Shown here piece after piece: positions 48,269 to 58,163 of a stretch of DNA of 64,000 bases. Both the position numbers and the translations under genes were made by a program. Below the pieces are notes generated by a model, which was not told where the DNA came from, ran no database searches, and saw nothing but the letters and a program-made list of their open reading frames with translations. Source of the DNA: an uncultured Candidatus Saccharibacteria bacterium (GTDB lineage Bacteria; Patescibacteriota; UBA1384; GWA2-35-9; CAYZGQ01); assembly GCA_964478135.1 (NCBI GenBank), contig CAYZGQ010000001.1, positions 3,365 through 67,364 of the forward strand. The letters are read 5' to 3'. Position 1 is the stretch's first letter; each line of letters opens with the position of its first letter.

Positions 48269-49528
48269 ATGCGTTTCAGCCAGCTTATAACTAAAACCTT
48301 GCGGGATGAACCCAAGGATGAGCAATCGATCAGCGCGCGATTGCTCATCCGGGCTGGTTTTATTCATAAAAACATGGCTGGGGTTCACTCGTTTTTGCCC
48401 CTTGGTTTGAGGGTTTTGCGCAAGATCGAGCAGATTATTCGCCAGGAAATGGACCGGATCGGAGCTCAAGAGGTTTTGCTCAACGCGCTCCAGTCAAAAG
48501 AGCTCTGGCTTAAAACCGGTCGTTGGCAGAGCGCCAACCAAGTAATGTACCAGTTTAAAGATCACTCGGGCAAAGAGCTTGGATTGGGCTGGACCCACGA
48601 AGAAGTGGTGGTTGACATTATGACTCACCACATTCAGTCCTACCACGATCTACCCAAAGCAATCTATCAGATTCAGACCAAGTTTCGCCACGAACCCCGA
48701 GCCAAGTCAGGCATTTTGCGAGGCCGTGAGTTTGGCATGAAAGATCTTTATTCGTTTCACCTCGATGGTGACGATTTGGATCGCTACTACGACATAGTTA
48801 AGGATGCCTATCTCACGATTTTTAAGAGGGTTCATCTTGATAATGTTTGGTTGACCGAAGCCTCGGGCGGACAGTTTTCTAAACTCTCACACGAGTTTCA
48901 GGTTGTCTCTGGCAGTGGAGAGGATACGATTTATACTTGCGATGAGTGTCGGTTTGCTCGAAACGCCGAATTGATTGATCAGTCTGGTCTGCGCTGTCCA
49001 ATGGGTCATCCCTTGACCAAACAGCCGGCGATTGAGGTTGGCAACATCTTTAAGCTCGGATCTCGTTTTAGCCAGGCGGTCGGTCTTTTTGTGACCGATC
49101 AAAGTGGAGTCCGCCAGCCGGTTATTATGGCGTCATATGGGATAGGTACAGGTCGGCTGATGGGTGCGATTGTTGAGCTGTTTCACGATGATCGAGGAAT
49201 CGTCTGGCCAGCCCAGCTAGCACCCTATCAGATCCATTTGATTGATTTAAAAACCAGCAATCACCAGCAAGCAACACGGACTAAGGCTGAAACAATCTAT
49301 CGCAAGCTGACTGAACATGGTTTTACGGTCCTGTGGGATGACCGCGACCAAGTCTCACCGGGGGAAATGTTTAATGATGCTGACTTGATTGGTTCTCCTG
49401 TCCGCTTGGTTGTGGGCGGTAGAGTGTCAGACGGTCGGGTTGAACTCAAACAGCGAGTCCAAGAAGACGTGATACAGGTTATCGATCAGAATGTGGTTGA
49501 CCAATTGATCAAGATGGGGTATACTTAA
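48269..49528 (+). CDS. proS: prolyl-tRNA synthetase (short form lacking the INS editing domain)
   Basis: The N-terminus MRFSQLITKTLRDEPKDEQSISARLLIRAGFI...GRW matches bacterial ProRS motif 1. 419 aa versus about 570 for the full-length bacterial type. Confidence 0.85.
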   Translation: MRFSQLITKTLRDEPKDEQSISARLLIRAGFIHKNMAGVHSFLPLGLRVLRKIEQIIRQEMDRIGAQEVLLNALQSKELWLKTGRWQSANQVMYQFKDHSGKELGLGWTHEEVVVDIMTHHIQSYHDLPKAIYQIQTKFRHEPRAKSGILRGREFGMKDLYSFHLDGDDLDRYYDIVKDAYLTIFKRVHLDNVWLTEASGGQFSKLSHEFQVVSGSGEDTIYTCDECRFARNAELIDQSGLRCPMGHPLTKQPAIEVGNIFKLGSRFSQAVGLFVTDQSGVRQPVIMASYGIGTGRLMGAIVELFHDDRGIVWPAQLAPYQIHLIDLKTSNHQQATRTKAETIYRKLTEHGFTVLWDDRDQVSPGEMFNDADLIGSPVRLVVGGRVSDGRVELKQRVQEDVIQVIDQNVVDQLIKMGYT

Positions 49529-49557
49529 ACTACTAACTAAATTTCCAAGGAGGTTCG

Positions 49558-49842
49558 ATGGACGATTCAATGAATCCCGTTGGCGGTGGTACGGGTGCCG
49601 GCGATACCGGTTCTACCGACACTGGCGCCGGGGCTGTTCCTAGTACGCCAAGCGGCGACACCAGTACGGGGGATGCAGATCAAACCCCTGCTTCTGGGGG
49701 GGGTAGCTCGGTCCCAACGCCCCCAGCTCCTTCTGGCGGCGATGGTGGTTGGACTCCTGCTGGGGCTGATACAGCTAGCATACCAGATGGTGATTCCGAT
49801 TATTCGGCCGACGCAGTTCCAACTCCACCCGCCGGTCAGTAA
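49558..49842 (+). CDS. small acidic Gly/Thr/Asp/Pro-rich low-complexity protein (94 aa)
   Basis: SD AAGGAGG 4 nt before the ATG. Followed by an intrinsic terminator. No TM or recognisable domain. The overlapping ORFs 49567-49863(-), 49580-49921(+) and 49775-50002(-) are alternative-frame artefacts of the same GC-rich low-complexity stretch. Confidence 0.4.
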   Translation: MDDSMNPVGGGTGAGDTGSTDTGAGAVPSTPSGDTSTGDADQTPASGGGSSVPTPPAPSGGDGGWTPAGADTASIPDGDSDYSADAVPTPPAGQ

Positions 49843-49872
49843 CCCGAATTTGTCGCCAAACATCCAAAAACA

Positions 49873-49893
49873 ACCCCTTAAGGGGTCGTTTTT
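49873..49893 (+). terminator. rho-independent terminator
   Basis: ACCCCttaaGGGGT hairpin followed by a TTTTT tract, 31 nt after the stop at 49842. Confidence 0.5.
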
Positions 49894-50024
49894 GGATGCT
49901 GGTTGTGATAGATTGAGTTAAGCGATCATTGTGCCCCGGTTGCGAACAACTATTGTCTAGTTTTTTCCAGTCCCAGTCCCAGTCTTTATTGCTAGTTGTC
50001 ACTATCTAACTTTTATGTAAAGTA

Positions 50025-50777
50025 ATGATTGGTTACCCGCTGATTATTGGCAACTGGAAGATGATGACGACCTTGTCCGACGCGATGGTAGTGCTCTCGA
50101 TGCTTAAAAAGCGGGCCGAGGGGCTGGGACAGGTTGAAATCGTACCCTGCCCACCCTTTGTTTATTTAGTTCCAGCCAAAGAAGAGCTGGCGCGCGCCCC
50201 CCACAACCTTAAGCTGGGCGCGCAGAGTGTTTTTTGGAAGGAGCAAGGGGCTTACACTGGTCAGATTTCAATTAAAATGCTCAAGGGTTTAGTTGATTAT
50301 GTAATCGTTGGTCACAGCGAGGTCATGCGCTGGGGCTATGAAACGTTAGATCAAGTTAGTCGCAAAGTTAATTTGTGTCTTGATTACGGTCTAACCCCGA
50401 TAATTTGCCTAGGTGAGGAGCACAAAAGCGATCACTCCAGCGCGACACTAGGACGCAATCTCCAATTGATTCTCAAAAACGTCCCAAAGGCTGATTTTGA
50501 CAAGTTGGTTATCTGCTACGAGCCGGTTTGGGCGATTTCCAGGGGCGATCTTAAAACAAGCCAAGCCGCCAGCGGCAGTTATGCCCAAAAAATGGCTTCC
50601 AAAATTCGCCAGGTTATTGGAGGCCAAGGCCGTATTCTCTACGGCGGGTCAGTCACAGCCGAAAACGCGGTCGAGTTTTTGCACCAGGATGATATCCAAG
50701 GTTTATTGGTTGGGGCGGCGTCACTTAAGGCAAGAGAGTTTTTAGCGATCTGCGAGCTAGCGAGCGATCTGGGCTAG
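50025..50777 (+). CDS. tpiA: triosephosphate isomerase
   Basis: IIGNWKMM (the NWKMN motif) and the catalytic-region VICYEPVWAISRGD. 250 aa. Confidence 0.85.
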   Translation: MIGYPLIIGNWKMMTTLSDAMVVLSMLKKRAEGLGQVEIVPCPPFVYLVPAKEELARAPHNLKLGAQSVFWKEQGAYTGQISIKMLKGLVDYVIVGHSEVMRWGYETLDQVSRKVNLCLDYGLTPIICLGEEHKSDHSSATLGRNLQLILKNVPKADFDKLVICYEPVWAISRGDLKTSQAASGSYAQKMASKIRQVIGGQGRILYGGSVTAENAVEFLHQDDIQGLLVGAASLKAREFLAICELASDLG

Positions 50778-50808
50778 TCAGACTTATGGAAATAATTAGC
50801 TGCCAGCT

Positions 50809-51867
50809 GTGAAACTAAGAACCGTCAAGAACGTTAGTTGTTCGGGCCAACGAGTTTTGGTCAGAACCGGTTTCGATGTTCCGATTAAAAGTGGTCGGGT
50901 CCTAGATATTGGCAGGCTCGAAGCCGCTGGCCCAACCTTAAAGTATTTGATTAAGCGCCAAGCTCGTTTGATTATCGCGTCTCATCAGGGCCGTCCTGAT
51001 GGAAAATTTTTAGCCGCCTTGAGTCTTAGGCCGATCATAAAGGTGATTGAACGACTGCTTAATCGGCCGGTTATTTTTGCCAAGAGATGCGTTGGCGTTC
51101 AAACTAGAAAAATGGTCAGTCAGCTTGTGCCAGGCGAGGTAATGTTGCTTGAAAACTTGCGTTTTGAGCCGGGTGAGACGGCCAACGATCCAAGTTTTGC
51201 CCGTCAACTGGCCGGATTGTGCGACATTTATGTCAACGAGGCTTTCCCTAACTGTCATCGAAACCACGCCAGCATGACCGGTCTGGCTAAACTTGTGCCA
51301 GCCTACGCCGGGTTTCAAGTTGAACAAGAGGTTTTTCAGCTTTCCAAGCTCCTGGCGTCTCCGGCTAAACCATTTGTGGTGATTATCGGCGGAGCCAAGG
51401 TTGAGGACAAAGCGTCAGTCATCGATCGGTTAAAGAGCAAGGCCGATTGGGTGCTGGTCGGCGGTAAGACAGCCCTTGAAATTAACCAGCGCGGTTTGTA
51501 TCGAGCTGACAAAAACGTCTTGGTCGCTGATGATTTTGTCCTGGACGAATCAGGTGTCAAGCTTGATATTAGCCGAAAGGTTGTCGATTGGTTTACCCCG
51601 AAGATTTTGAAGGCCCAAACTATTTTTTGGAATGGCAATCTAGGCAAGACCGAGGATGCCCGTTTTAGGGCTGGCAGCGAGACGATTGGGGCGCTTGTGG
51701 CCAATTCGTCAGCCGTGAGCGTGATTGGCGGCGGCGATACAGCCAACCTTGTCCGAGAGTTAGGGATTGCTCGCAAGATGACCTTTATCTCAACCGGCGG
51801 CGGGGCGACGACCCAATTTCTGGCTACCGGCGGACGTTTGCCAGGACTCGAACCGCTCTATCGTTAG
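50809..51867 (+). CDS. pgk: phosphoglycerate kinase
   Basis: GTG start. VLVRTGFDVPIK (the RVDFNVP motif) and a C-terminal VIGGGDTAN. 352 aa. Confidence 0.85.
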   Translation: MKLRTVKNVSCSGQRVLVRTGFDVPIKSGRVLDIGRLEAAGPTLKYLIKRQARLIIASHQGRPDGKFLAALSLRPIIKVIERLLNRPVIFAKRCVGVQTRKMVSQLVPGEVMLLENLRFEPGETANDPSFARQLAGLCDIYVNEAFPNCHRNHASMTGLAKLVPAYAGFQVEQEVFQLSKLLASPAKPFVVIIGGAKVEDKASVIDRLKSKADWVLVGGKTALEINQRGLYRADKNVLVADDFVLDESGVKLDISRKVVDWFTPKILKAQTIFWNGNLGKTEDARFRAGSETIGALVANSSAVSVIGGGDTANLVRELGIARKMTFISTGGGATTQFLATGGRLPGLEPLYR

Positions 51868-52017
51868 TTTTTAGACTTGTCAAGTCTACTGGTAGCCCTA
51901 CATGCTCTGAACAATGTCAGTTAATTATGATTTGAACCTTGTTAGGTTTTTGTAATTATCAGTGTCAGAGGTTTACAATCAAACCTTGATTAGTTATGGT
52001 GAGCGGCTGGAGGAGAT

Positions 52018-52410
52018 ATGGCAAAGCATCTGGCTATTTTTAGCCCTAATCAACTGATCGAAAAAATTTTTCGCTCTATCAAGACGGTTGATGGTCGCTT
52101 GACCCAAGACCGAGTCGCTCCCTATGGGTTGGTTAAAAAAGGCGACACAATCCTGATTAAAATCAGCGGCGGACCGGTTTTAGGTCAGGTTGAAGTGGAT
52201 AACGTTTTGTTTTTTGAGCTGACAGATGGGGAACTATTGGGTAAACTTCGGAAAGAGTATGGGGCTGACATGGCGGTTGACGATCGTTTCTGGGAACTTA
52301 AACGAGAGGCCCGCTTTGCCAGCATCATCTTCTTAACCAAACCCAAACGTTACCTGACGGCGCTCAAGTTCAAAAAGCGCGATCGCCGGGCTTGGGTCGT
52401 AGTGGGATAA
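52018..52410 (+). CDS. small PUA/ASCH-like domain protein (130 aa)
   Basis: The beta-rich pattern IFRSIKTVDGRLTQDR...GDTILIKISGGPVLGQVEV resembles the ASCH (G.KT.E.R) fold. Weak assignment. Confidence 0.35.
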   Translation: MAKHLAIFSPNQLIEKIFRSIKTVDGRLTQDRVAPYGLVKKGDTILIKISGGPVLGQVEVDNVLFFELTDGELLGKLRKEYGADMAVDDRFWELKREARFASIIFLTKPKRYLTALKFKKRDRRAWVVVG

Positions 52411-52540
52411 AAGAAGGAGGTTGTCCTTTGACAATTATTCGTCGGTCGATTTTATCGGTCGGCTCGTGCATTTTAATGGCGGAAAATTTGTCGGATTGTG
52501 GGATTAGTGGATCGATGGCAAAGCTAAAAGGAGGTAGGGA

Positions 52541-53404
52541 ATGAACAATCTTACTCTAGAAAATCTTTCCTTGCCCAAGGAAGATTATTTTAAGATCAAC
52601 TTTCAAGTTACCGATGAGATGTGCCTGGGTCATTTTGATCCCAAACGACACTACGGGGTCTTGCCTGGTGCGTACCTTTTTGGGTTGGTTTGTGATTATT
52701 TCACCCAGAATAATAACCGTTCAATCACTGCAATTACTAAAGCTCAATTTACCCGACTGATACTACCGAGCATGGAGGTGTTAATCGAAGTTTGGATCAA
52801 GGGCAATCAGGTAAGAGTGGTTTGTTTTGCCGAAGGCCGGTCGGCGGCTACCATGGATCTGTTGCTGACCGAGTTGTCCGGGTCACAGGACGATTGCCCA
52901 GGCGCAGTGTCTTTGGCCGGAACTTATCTCCCATCCGATCAACTTAATGACTTATTGCCGTTTAGTTCTGATTTTATATTGATTCGGGATGTCGTAATCG
53001 GAGAGGATTGTTCCTTCTGTCTTGTTAGATCGAAACAAGACCCTCGTTTTTTTGACGATCAAAGGTTAAAATTGTCGGGTCTGATCGAAGCCGGTAATCA
53101 TTTATTAATCACTCACGTCTTATCACTCCATCAGGAGCTCGTCGGACAGGTGCCGTTTCTGGTCAGGCTGACCGATGTCAGCTTCTCGGGCCCTCGACTG
53201 GTTAATCCGAATTGTGTTCTACTGATGGTTGATAATCTTAATATGCGAGGTAATCACGGACGTGCTCGAGTAATCGGCTGTCAGACGGATGTAACAGAAA
53301 TCTACCGGGCTCAAGTTAGCTTCCGTAGTGACTCAAGTGGTGTCGAGCATAAATACCAACCCGGTACGCCAGTACCGAGCAACCCATCCCCAGCTTTGCC
53401 TTGA
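52541..53404 (+). CDS. FabZ/FabA-like hotdog-fold dehydratase, tandem double-hotdog (287 aa)
   Basis: The first hotdog has the FabZ active-site context CLGHFDPKRHYGVLPGAYLFGLV (HF..P..PG.L). The second half is hotdog-like without the His motif. SD AAAGGAGG upstream. Confidence 0.5.
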   Translation: MNNLTLENLSLPKEDYFKINFQVTDEMCLGHFDPKRHYGVLPGAYLFGLVCDYFTQNNNRSITAITKAQFTRLILPSMEVLIEVWIKGNQVRVVCFAEGRSAATMDLLLTELSGSQDDCPGAVSLAGTYLPSDQLNDLLPFSSDFILIRDVVIGEDCSFCLVRSKQDPRFFDDQRLKLSGLIEAGNHLLITHVLSLHQELVGQVPFLVRLTDVSFSGPRLVNPNCVLLMVDNLNMRGNHGRARVIGCQTDVTEIYRAQVSFRSDSSGVEHKYQPGTPVPSNPSPALP

Positions 53405-53417
53405 ACCGGCTAAAACG

Positions 53418-54152
53418 GTGGTAATAACTGGCGGATCGGGGACGATCGGTCGAGCGATGGTCTGGCAATTCGGGGCCAATGGCTGCGACGTAGTGGTCCA
53501 GTATAATAGAGACGAACCGGCGGCTCGATTTACTGCCGAGTCAGCCCAACGGCAGTTTGGGGTCAAGACCTGGCTTGTCCAGCAAGATTTTGCTCAACCA
53601 GGATCTGGCAAGAATTTCTGGCTCAATGTCAAAGCTATAGTCGGCCAAACCCCGGACATTCTGGTCATCAATGCCGGTTTCCTTGGCATCGGATCAAACG
53701 GGCTTTCCCTGACTGAAGAAGAATTATATGACAGTATCCAAGTCAACGCCGTGCAACCGTTTTTCTTAATGCAGGCGATGATGAATGACCCGGACACCCC
53801 CTCTGATTCCCAAATCTTGGTCCATCTTTCTAAGGGTTGGGACAAGTGGCTGCCCGGTTACGCTGGATTAGGCATGGCCAAAGCCCTTCTGATGCGGATG
53901 GTCATTGAACTAGCCCAAGTAGGAGCGCCCCGCCGTATTTGCGTCAACGCCATTACGAGCGACCTAGTTGCCCAGACCGACGTTATGAATTGGTTTCCCC
54001 CTCATGAGGTCGCGCTCCACCTCGATCGGATGCCCTTTGGGAGACTGATATACCCAGAGGATGTGGCAATATTTTTCTGCCACACTGCCTGTAACTTAGG
54101 TGTTACCGGCCAAAACCTTGTGTTCGATGGCGGGGTAGGGAATGTAGCATGA
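53418..54152 (+). CDS. SDR-family oxidoreductase, FabI-like enoyl-reductase type (Y-x6-K)
   Basis: Rossmann motif VVITGGSGTIGRA. Active-site region GYAGLGMAKAL is Tyr-x6-Lys as in FabI (YNVMGLAKA). The start is uncertain. An ATG at 53328 would give a 77-nt overlap with the hotdog gene. A GTG at 53418 lies just after its stop. Confidence 0.55.
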   Translation: MVITGGSGTIGRAMVWQFGANGCDVVVQYNRDEPAARFTAESAQRQFGVKTWLVQQDFAQPGSGKNFWLNVKAIVGQTPDILVINAGFLGIGSNGLSLTEEELYDSIQVNAVQPFFLMQAMMNDPDTPSDSQILVHLSKGWDKWLPGYAGLGMAKALLMRMVIELAQVGAPRRICVNAITSDLVAQTDVMNWFPPHEVALHLDRMPFGRLIYPEDVAIFFCHTACNLGVTGQNLVFDGGVGNVA

Positions 54153-54163
54153 GATTTTCAGTC

Positions 54164-54190
54164 AAAGAAGGCCCAAACAGGCCTTCTTTT
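54164..54190 (+). terminator. rho-independent terminator
   Basis: AAAGAAGGCC-caaaca-GGCCTTCTTT hairpin with T-run, 12 nt after the SDR stop. Confidence 0.55.
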
Positions 54191-54214
54191 GAGAGCCGGG
54201 TCGTGCTAGAGTAA

Positions 54215-55486
54215 TTGGCACAGATGGCGAATCGTCACTCTAGTTCGAGCCGACTTTCAGTCCCCGAGATTAAGGTGAGCCTCAAAAAGTTGCCTCGGTC
54301 ACGGGTTGCGCTGACGATTAGAGTATTCCAACAAATGTTAGGCGCCACGGCCAAACGGGTCTACTCAGCCATTGCTCCCCAAGTGACAGTGGCCGGCTTT
54401 CGGCCGGGCAAGGCGCCGATTGACAAAACGATCGAGGCGTTCGGTCGCGTCCGTTTTAGCAACGAAGTCCTTAACTTAGCCCTAAAAGAAAGCTACCAGC
54501 AGGGGCTTGAGAAAAATCAACTTGTGCCAGTGGCTGGGCCCTCAATCAGCTTGGCGGCTTGGCGGCTCGACGAGCGTGGCCGGCCGCTTGAGAATCTAGT
54601 CTACACGGCTGAAGTTGATGTCATGCCCAAGGTGTCAGTCAGCGGCTACCAGTCGATCCGTCTCAAAGACTATCAACCGTTGTCAAGCGAGGTGACCGAT
54701 CAGGAGGTTGAGGCGGTGTTAGATCATTTGAGCCGTCAGCGGGGTGAGCTCAAACCGCTTGACCGACCGGCGAGACTGGGAGACTGGATCCTTATTAGTT
54801 TTAAGGGCAGTATCGAAGGTGTGGTCAAAGAGCCGCTCACGTCAAAAAATTATCCTCTTGTTCTTGGGTCGAGGCGAATGGTCCATGGTTTTGAAGATAA
54901 TGTGGTTGGTATGAAGGCTGGTCAAAAAAAAACCTTTGAGTTGAGACTGCCCAAGTCAATCAAGGATTTGGGCGGCCGGAGAGCGGGCTTTGAAGTTTTG
55001 CTCCATGAGGTTAAAGAAATTATTAAGCGGCCGATTGACCAGGCCTTTGCCCAGTCTCTTGGTCACGAATCTCTTGAGAGTCTTAAAAAGGCGATCAGGG
55101 CCAATTTAGTTCGGGAAAAGAGTCAACGGGCGCGTCAACACCTGGAACAGACCGCTATACGGGAACTGCTTAAAAAACTGTCAGTCGAGATTCCAGACAG
55201 CTTAATCGAGCGTGAGCTTGGGCGGATGCTCGATTCGATTCGTGAGAGCGTTACCAAACAGGGACTGACCATGGAGGGCTACTTGGCTTCAATTAAAAAG
55301 ACGATCGAGCAACTGGCCCAAGACCTTCGAACCCGAGCCCAAGACTCGGTTCGAGCCGGTTTAGCCTTGACCGCACTTGGCCAGGCCGAAGCAATTGATA
55401 CCAATCAGCCAGGGTCAACTAATAAAGTGATTAACAGATTGATCGAGATTGGACTGCGATCAGATAAGAAATCAGATAAGAATTGA
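54215..55486 (+). CDS. tig: trigger factor
   Basis: The ribosome-binding signature GFRPGKAP (GFRxGxxP), a PPIase-like middle domain, and a tig-clpP gene order. Confidence 0.8.
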   Translation: MAQMANRHSSSSRLSVPEIKVSLKKLPRSRVALTIRVFQQMLGATAKRVYSAIAPQVTVAGFRPGKAPIDKTIEAFGRVRFSNEVLNLALKESYQQGLEKNQLVPVAGPSISLAAWRLDERGRPLENLVYTAEVDVMPKVSVSGYQSIRLKDYQPLSSEVTDQEVEAVLDHLSRQRGELKPLDRPARLGDWILISFKGSIEGVVKEPLTSKNYPLVLGSRRMVHGFEDNVVGMKAGQKKTFELRLPKSIKDLGGRRAGFEVLLHEVKEIIKRPIDQAFAQSLGHESLESLKKAIRANLVREKSQRARQHLEQTAIRELLKKLSVEIPDSLIERELGRMLDSIRESVTKQGLTMEGYLASIKKTIEQLAQDLRTRAQDSVRAGLALTALGQAEAIDTNQPGSTNKVINRLIEIGLRSDKKSDKN

Positions 55487-55610
55487 CAATACGAGACCGA
55501 TTGATGATAGGGCTGACCTAACGAGTTTCGAAACCGAGCCGATCGGGCGATCGGGACAAATTATGGACAAACTGTCCAAAAACACGTTAAAATACAGTCA
55601 ATATAAGGCA

Positions 55611-56222
55611 ATGAATCAAAAAACCGTTGAGACAAACCAAATGCTCGTGCCAATGGTCCTGGAAAAAAGCCAGTTTGGCGAGCGAGCCTACGATATTTTT
55701 TCTCGCTTGCTCAAGGATCGGATTATTTTTCTGGGCACGCCGATCACCGACGAAGTGGCCAATCTTGTAATGGCCCAACTGCTTTTTTTGGAAGCAGACG
55801 ATCCTAAAAAGGACATTCAGATGTATATTAACTCGCCCGGGGGAGTGGTCACGGCTGGTTTGGCGATCTATGACACCTTGTGTTATCTCAAGTCCGATGT
55901 TTCGACTATCTGTATCGGTCAGGCCGCCTCGGCGTCGGCAATTTTACTGGCCGCTGGCACTAAAGGCAAGCGCTACGCCCTGCCTAACGCCCGGGTTATG
56001 ATTCACCAGGTTATGGGCGGAGCCGAGGGTCAGGCCAAGGATGTTGAGATTCAAACCCGGGAAATCATGCGGGTCAAACAAGCGATTAACCAGATTATGG
56101 CGAGACACACCGGCCAGCTGATCGATAAAATTGAGCGCGACACCGACCGAGATTTTTACATGAGCGCCGAGGAAGCCAAAAAGTATGGTATTATTGATCA
56201 GATTATTACCAAAGCGAAGTGA
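55611..56222 (+). CDS. clpP: ATP-dependent Clp protease proteolytic subunit
   Basis: [32 protein letters not shown]...[14 protein letters not shown] matches ClpP, including the catalytic Ser (GQAAS) and His (MIHQ). The track ORF extends upstream to 55449, overlapping tig. An internal ATG at 55611 is preferred. Confidence 0.85.
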   Translation: MNQKTVETNQMLVPMVLEKSQFGERAYDIFSRLLKDRIIFLGTPITDEVANLVMAQLLFLEADDPKKDIQMYINSPGGVVTAGLAIYDTLCYLKSDVSTICIGQAASASAILLAAGTKGKRYALPNARVMIHQVMGGAEGQAKDVEIQTREIMRVKQAINQIMARHTGQLIDKIERDTDRDFYMSAEEAKKYGIIDQIITKAK

Positions 56223-56251
56223 ATATTTAGGCTAAGCTCATTACGAATAGT

Positions 56252-57007
56252 TTGATCCCTAATCAGATAAAAAAAGTGTCTAAGTCCAAGACAGATACTC
56301 GAGATGGTTATTATGGCCGATCGTATTATTGCCAGGCTGAACGGGGCTATCACGAAAGCCATCTTGATCGGGCGCGAGATCAAAAGGCGCTCCATCCCTT
56401 TTTTTGGTCAGTCTTAACCGAGGGAAAGTTTCAGCCAAAGACACTGCTCGATGCCGGTTGCGGTTTGGGTCTGTACGCCGATTTTGCGGCGAGCCAAGGG
56501 GTGGTTGTCACCGGTCTTGACCGTTCCAGTTTTGCCTGTCAGGAATCAAGTCAGCTACTCGGATCAAACAAGGTGGTCAGGCATGATTTGGAAAAGACAG
56601 CCATACCCTTTAGGGCCAACAGATTTGATGCGGTAGCTTGCCTGGACGTGATCGAGCACGTCAAGAGGGATCAGTATGTCCTTAATCAAATTTACCGGGT
56701 AATTAAACCTGGCGGACGAATTTTAATCACCACACCCAACGCGTCTGGCTGGTGGCATAGAATTTTTGGTCAAAGTGATTTTAGCCATGTTAATGTCCAG
56801 GATCAGCGCTACTGGCGCCAACTTTTAACCAAGACCGGCTTTATCAATATCGAGCTAACCGGCATAGCTTTATTCGATCTCTTGCCCCATAAAAGATTGA
56901 GAAAACTTTTTAAACGCCGACGGGCGCGGCCGATCCGATTATCTTGGCCACCCTTTTTGGTTTGGGCCTTAGTTATCAGAGCCTCAAAGCCGGTAGGCTG
57001 GTCTTAG
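56252..57007 (+). CDS. class I SAM-dependent methyltransferase
   Basis: SAM motif I LLDAGCGLGLY. Motif II/post-II DAVACLDVIEHV...IKPGGRILITTPN. Confidence 0.75.
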   Translation: MIPNQIKKVSKSKTDTRDGYYGRSYYCQAERGYHESHLDRARDQKALHPFFWSVLTEGKFQPKTLLDAGCGLGLYADFAASQGVVVTGLDRSSFACQESSQLLGSNKVVRHDLEKTAIPFRANRFDAVACLDVIEHVKRDQYVLNQIYRVIKPGGRILITTPNASGWWHRIFGQSDFSHVNVQDQRYWRQLLTKTGFINIELTGIALFDLLPHKRLRKLFKRRRARPIRLSWPPFLVWALVIRASKPVGWS

Positions 57008-57044
57008 AGCATCTGATCGTGGTATCGTAGTATTATCACGCTTT

Positions 57045-58163
57045 TTGGGAAAAGGAGGGATCATTAAAACAGGCGGTAAAAGGATCTTAATTTTAAACTG
57101 GTACGATAAGCGTCATCCCAAATCAGGGGGGGCTGAAGTTTACCTTGAAGAGGTGGCTAAAGAGCTTAGTTTACTTGGCCATGAAGTCCATTGGTTTGCT
57201 AGTTCCTTTTCTGGTAATACTCCCCACGAGTTAGTTGAGGGTATCACAATCGAGCGTTTTCATCAGTCGTACTTAATCAATCTAGTCAGCTTGTGGCGTT
57301 TGTTCAAGGAGCGTTCCCGTTTTGATCTGGTGATTGACGCGACCAACAAATTGCCTTACCTAACCTCGATATTTTTTAGATCAAAATCCTTGCCCTTGTT
57401 TTTGCACATCAACGATCAAATTTTTACCAAAGAATTCGGCCAGATTTTTGGTCGGCTGGGCAGGTGGTTTGAACGACAGATGGTCAAAACCTACCGTCGG
57501 CTCAAGGTTGTGGCGATCTCGAAAAGCACGGCCAGCGATCTTGAAAAATTGGGATTGTCACAAGAACAAGTCGTGATCGCGGTTCCAGGTGTTAAGACCG
57601 ATCTGTACCGCCCTGGCAAAAAATCTGACTATCCTTTGATCGTGTCGGTCAACAGACTCCGCCGCTATAAAAACCTCGACATTTTGATCAAGTCTTTTAA
57701 GGCTGTTAACCGGTCAATTCCTAAAGCCCGGCTCGTGATAATGGGCAGGGGTCCAGATTATGCCCGTTTGGTTAGGTTGATTCATAAGTTCAAGCTTGAG
57801 CAATCGGTCAGACTGACTGGATTTGTGTCCGAGAGGGAAAAAATTAACTGGCTTCAAAAAGCTTGGATTCACGTCAATCCTTCAACCAAAGAAGGTTGGG
57901 GTCTTAACGTGATTGACGCGGCGGCCTGCGGCACGCCCTCGGTCGGAAGCGATGTCGCGGGTTTGAGAGATTCGATCCAAGATGGTGCTACAGGTTGGCT
58001 GGTGCCAGTTGGAGCCGAGTCTGCTTTGTCAAGAAAGCTGATTAAAGTTTTAAAAGACCATCAGCTAAGGCGGCAGATTGGTAAACGATGCCTCGGCTGG
58101 GCCAGTCAATTCAGCTGGGCGCAGACCGCTCGAATGTTCGATGAAGTCATTAGCTCTCGCTAG
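57045..58163 (+). CDS. glycosyltransferase family 4 (GT-B, retaining)
   Basis: C-terminal EGWGLNVIDAAACGTPSVGSDVAGLRDSI matches the GT4 E-x7-E region. Confidence 0.75.
   Translation: MGKGGIIKTGGKRILILNWYDKRHPKSGGAEVYLEEVAKELSLLGHEVHWFASSFSGNTPHELVEGITIERFHQSYLINLVSLWRLFKERSRFDLVIDATNKLPYLTSIFFRSKSLPLFLHINDQIFTKEFGQIFGRLGRWFERQMVKTYRRLKVVAISKSTASDLEKLGLSQEQVVIAVPGVKTDLYRPGKKSDYPLIVSVNRLRRYKNLDILIKSFKAVNRSIPKARLVIMGRGPDYARLVRLIHKFKLEQSVRLTGFVSEREKINWLQKAWIHVNPSTKEGWGLNVIDAAACGTPSVGSDVAGLRDSIQDGATGWLVPVGAESALSRKLIKVLKDHQLRRQIGKRCLGWASQFSWAQTARMFDEVISSR

Noticed and set aside
49967-49984. (CAGTCC)x3 tandem repeat upstream of tpiA
   Set aside because: Only three units with no spacer or repeat architecture. 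It is not a CRISPR array or a significant microsatellite.
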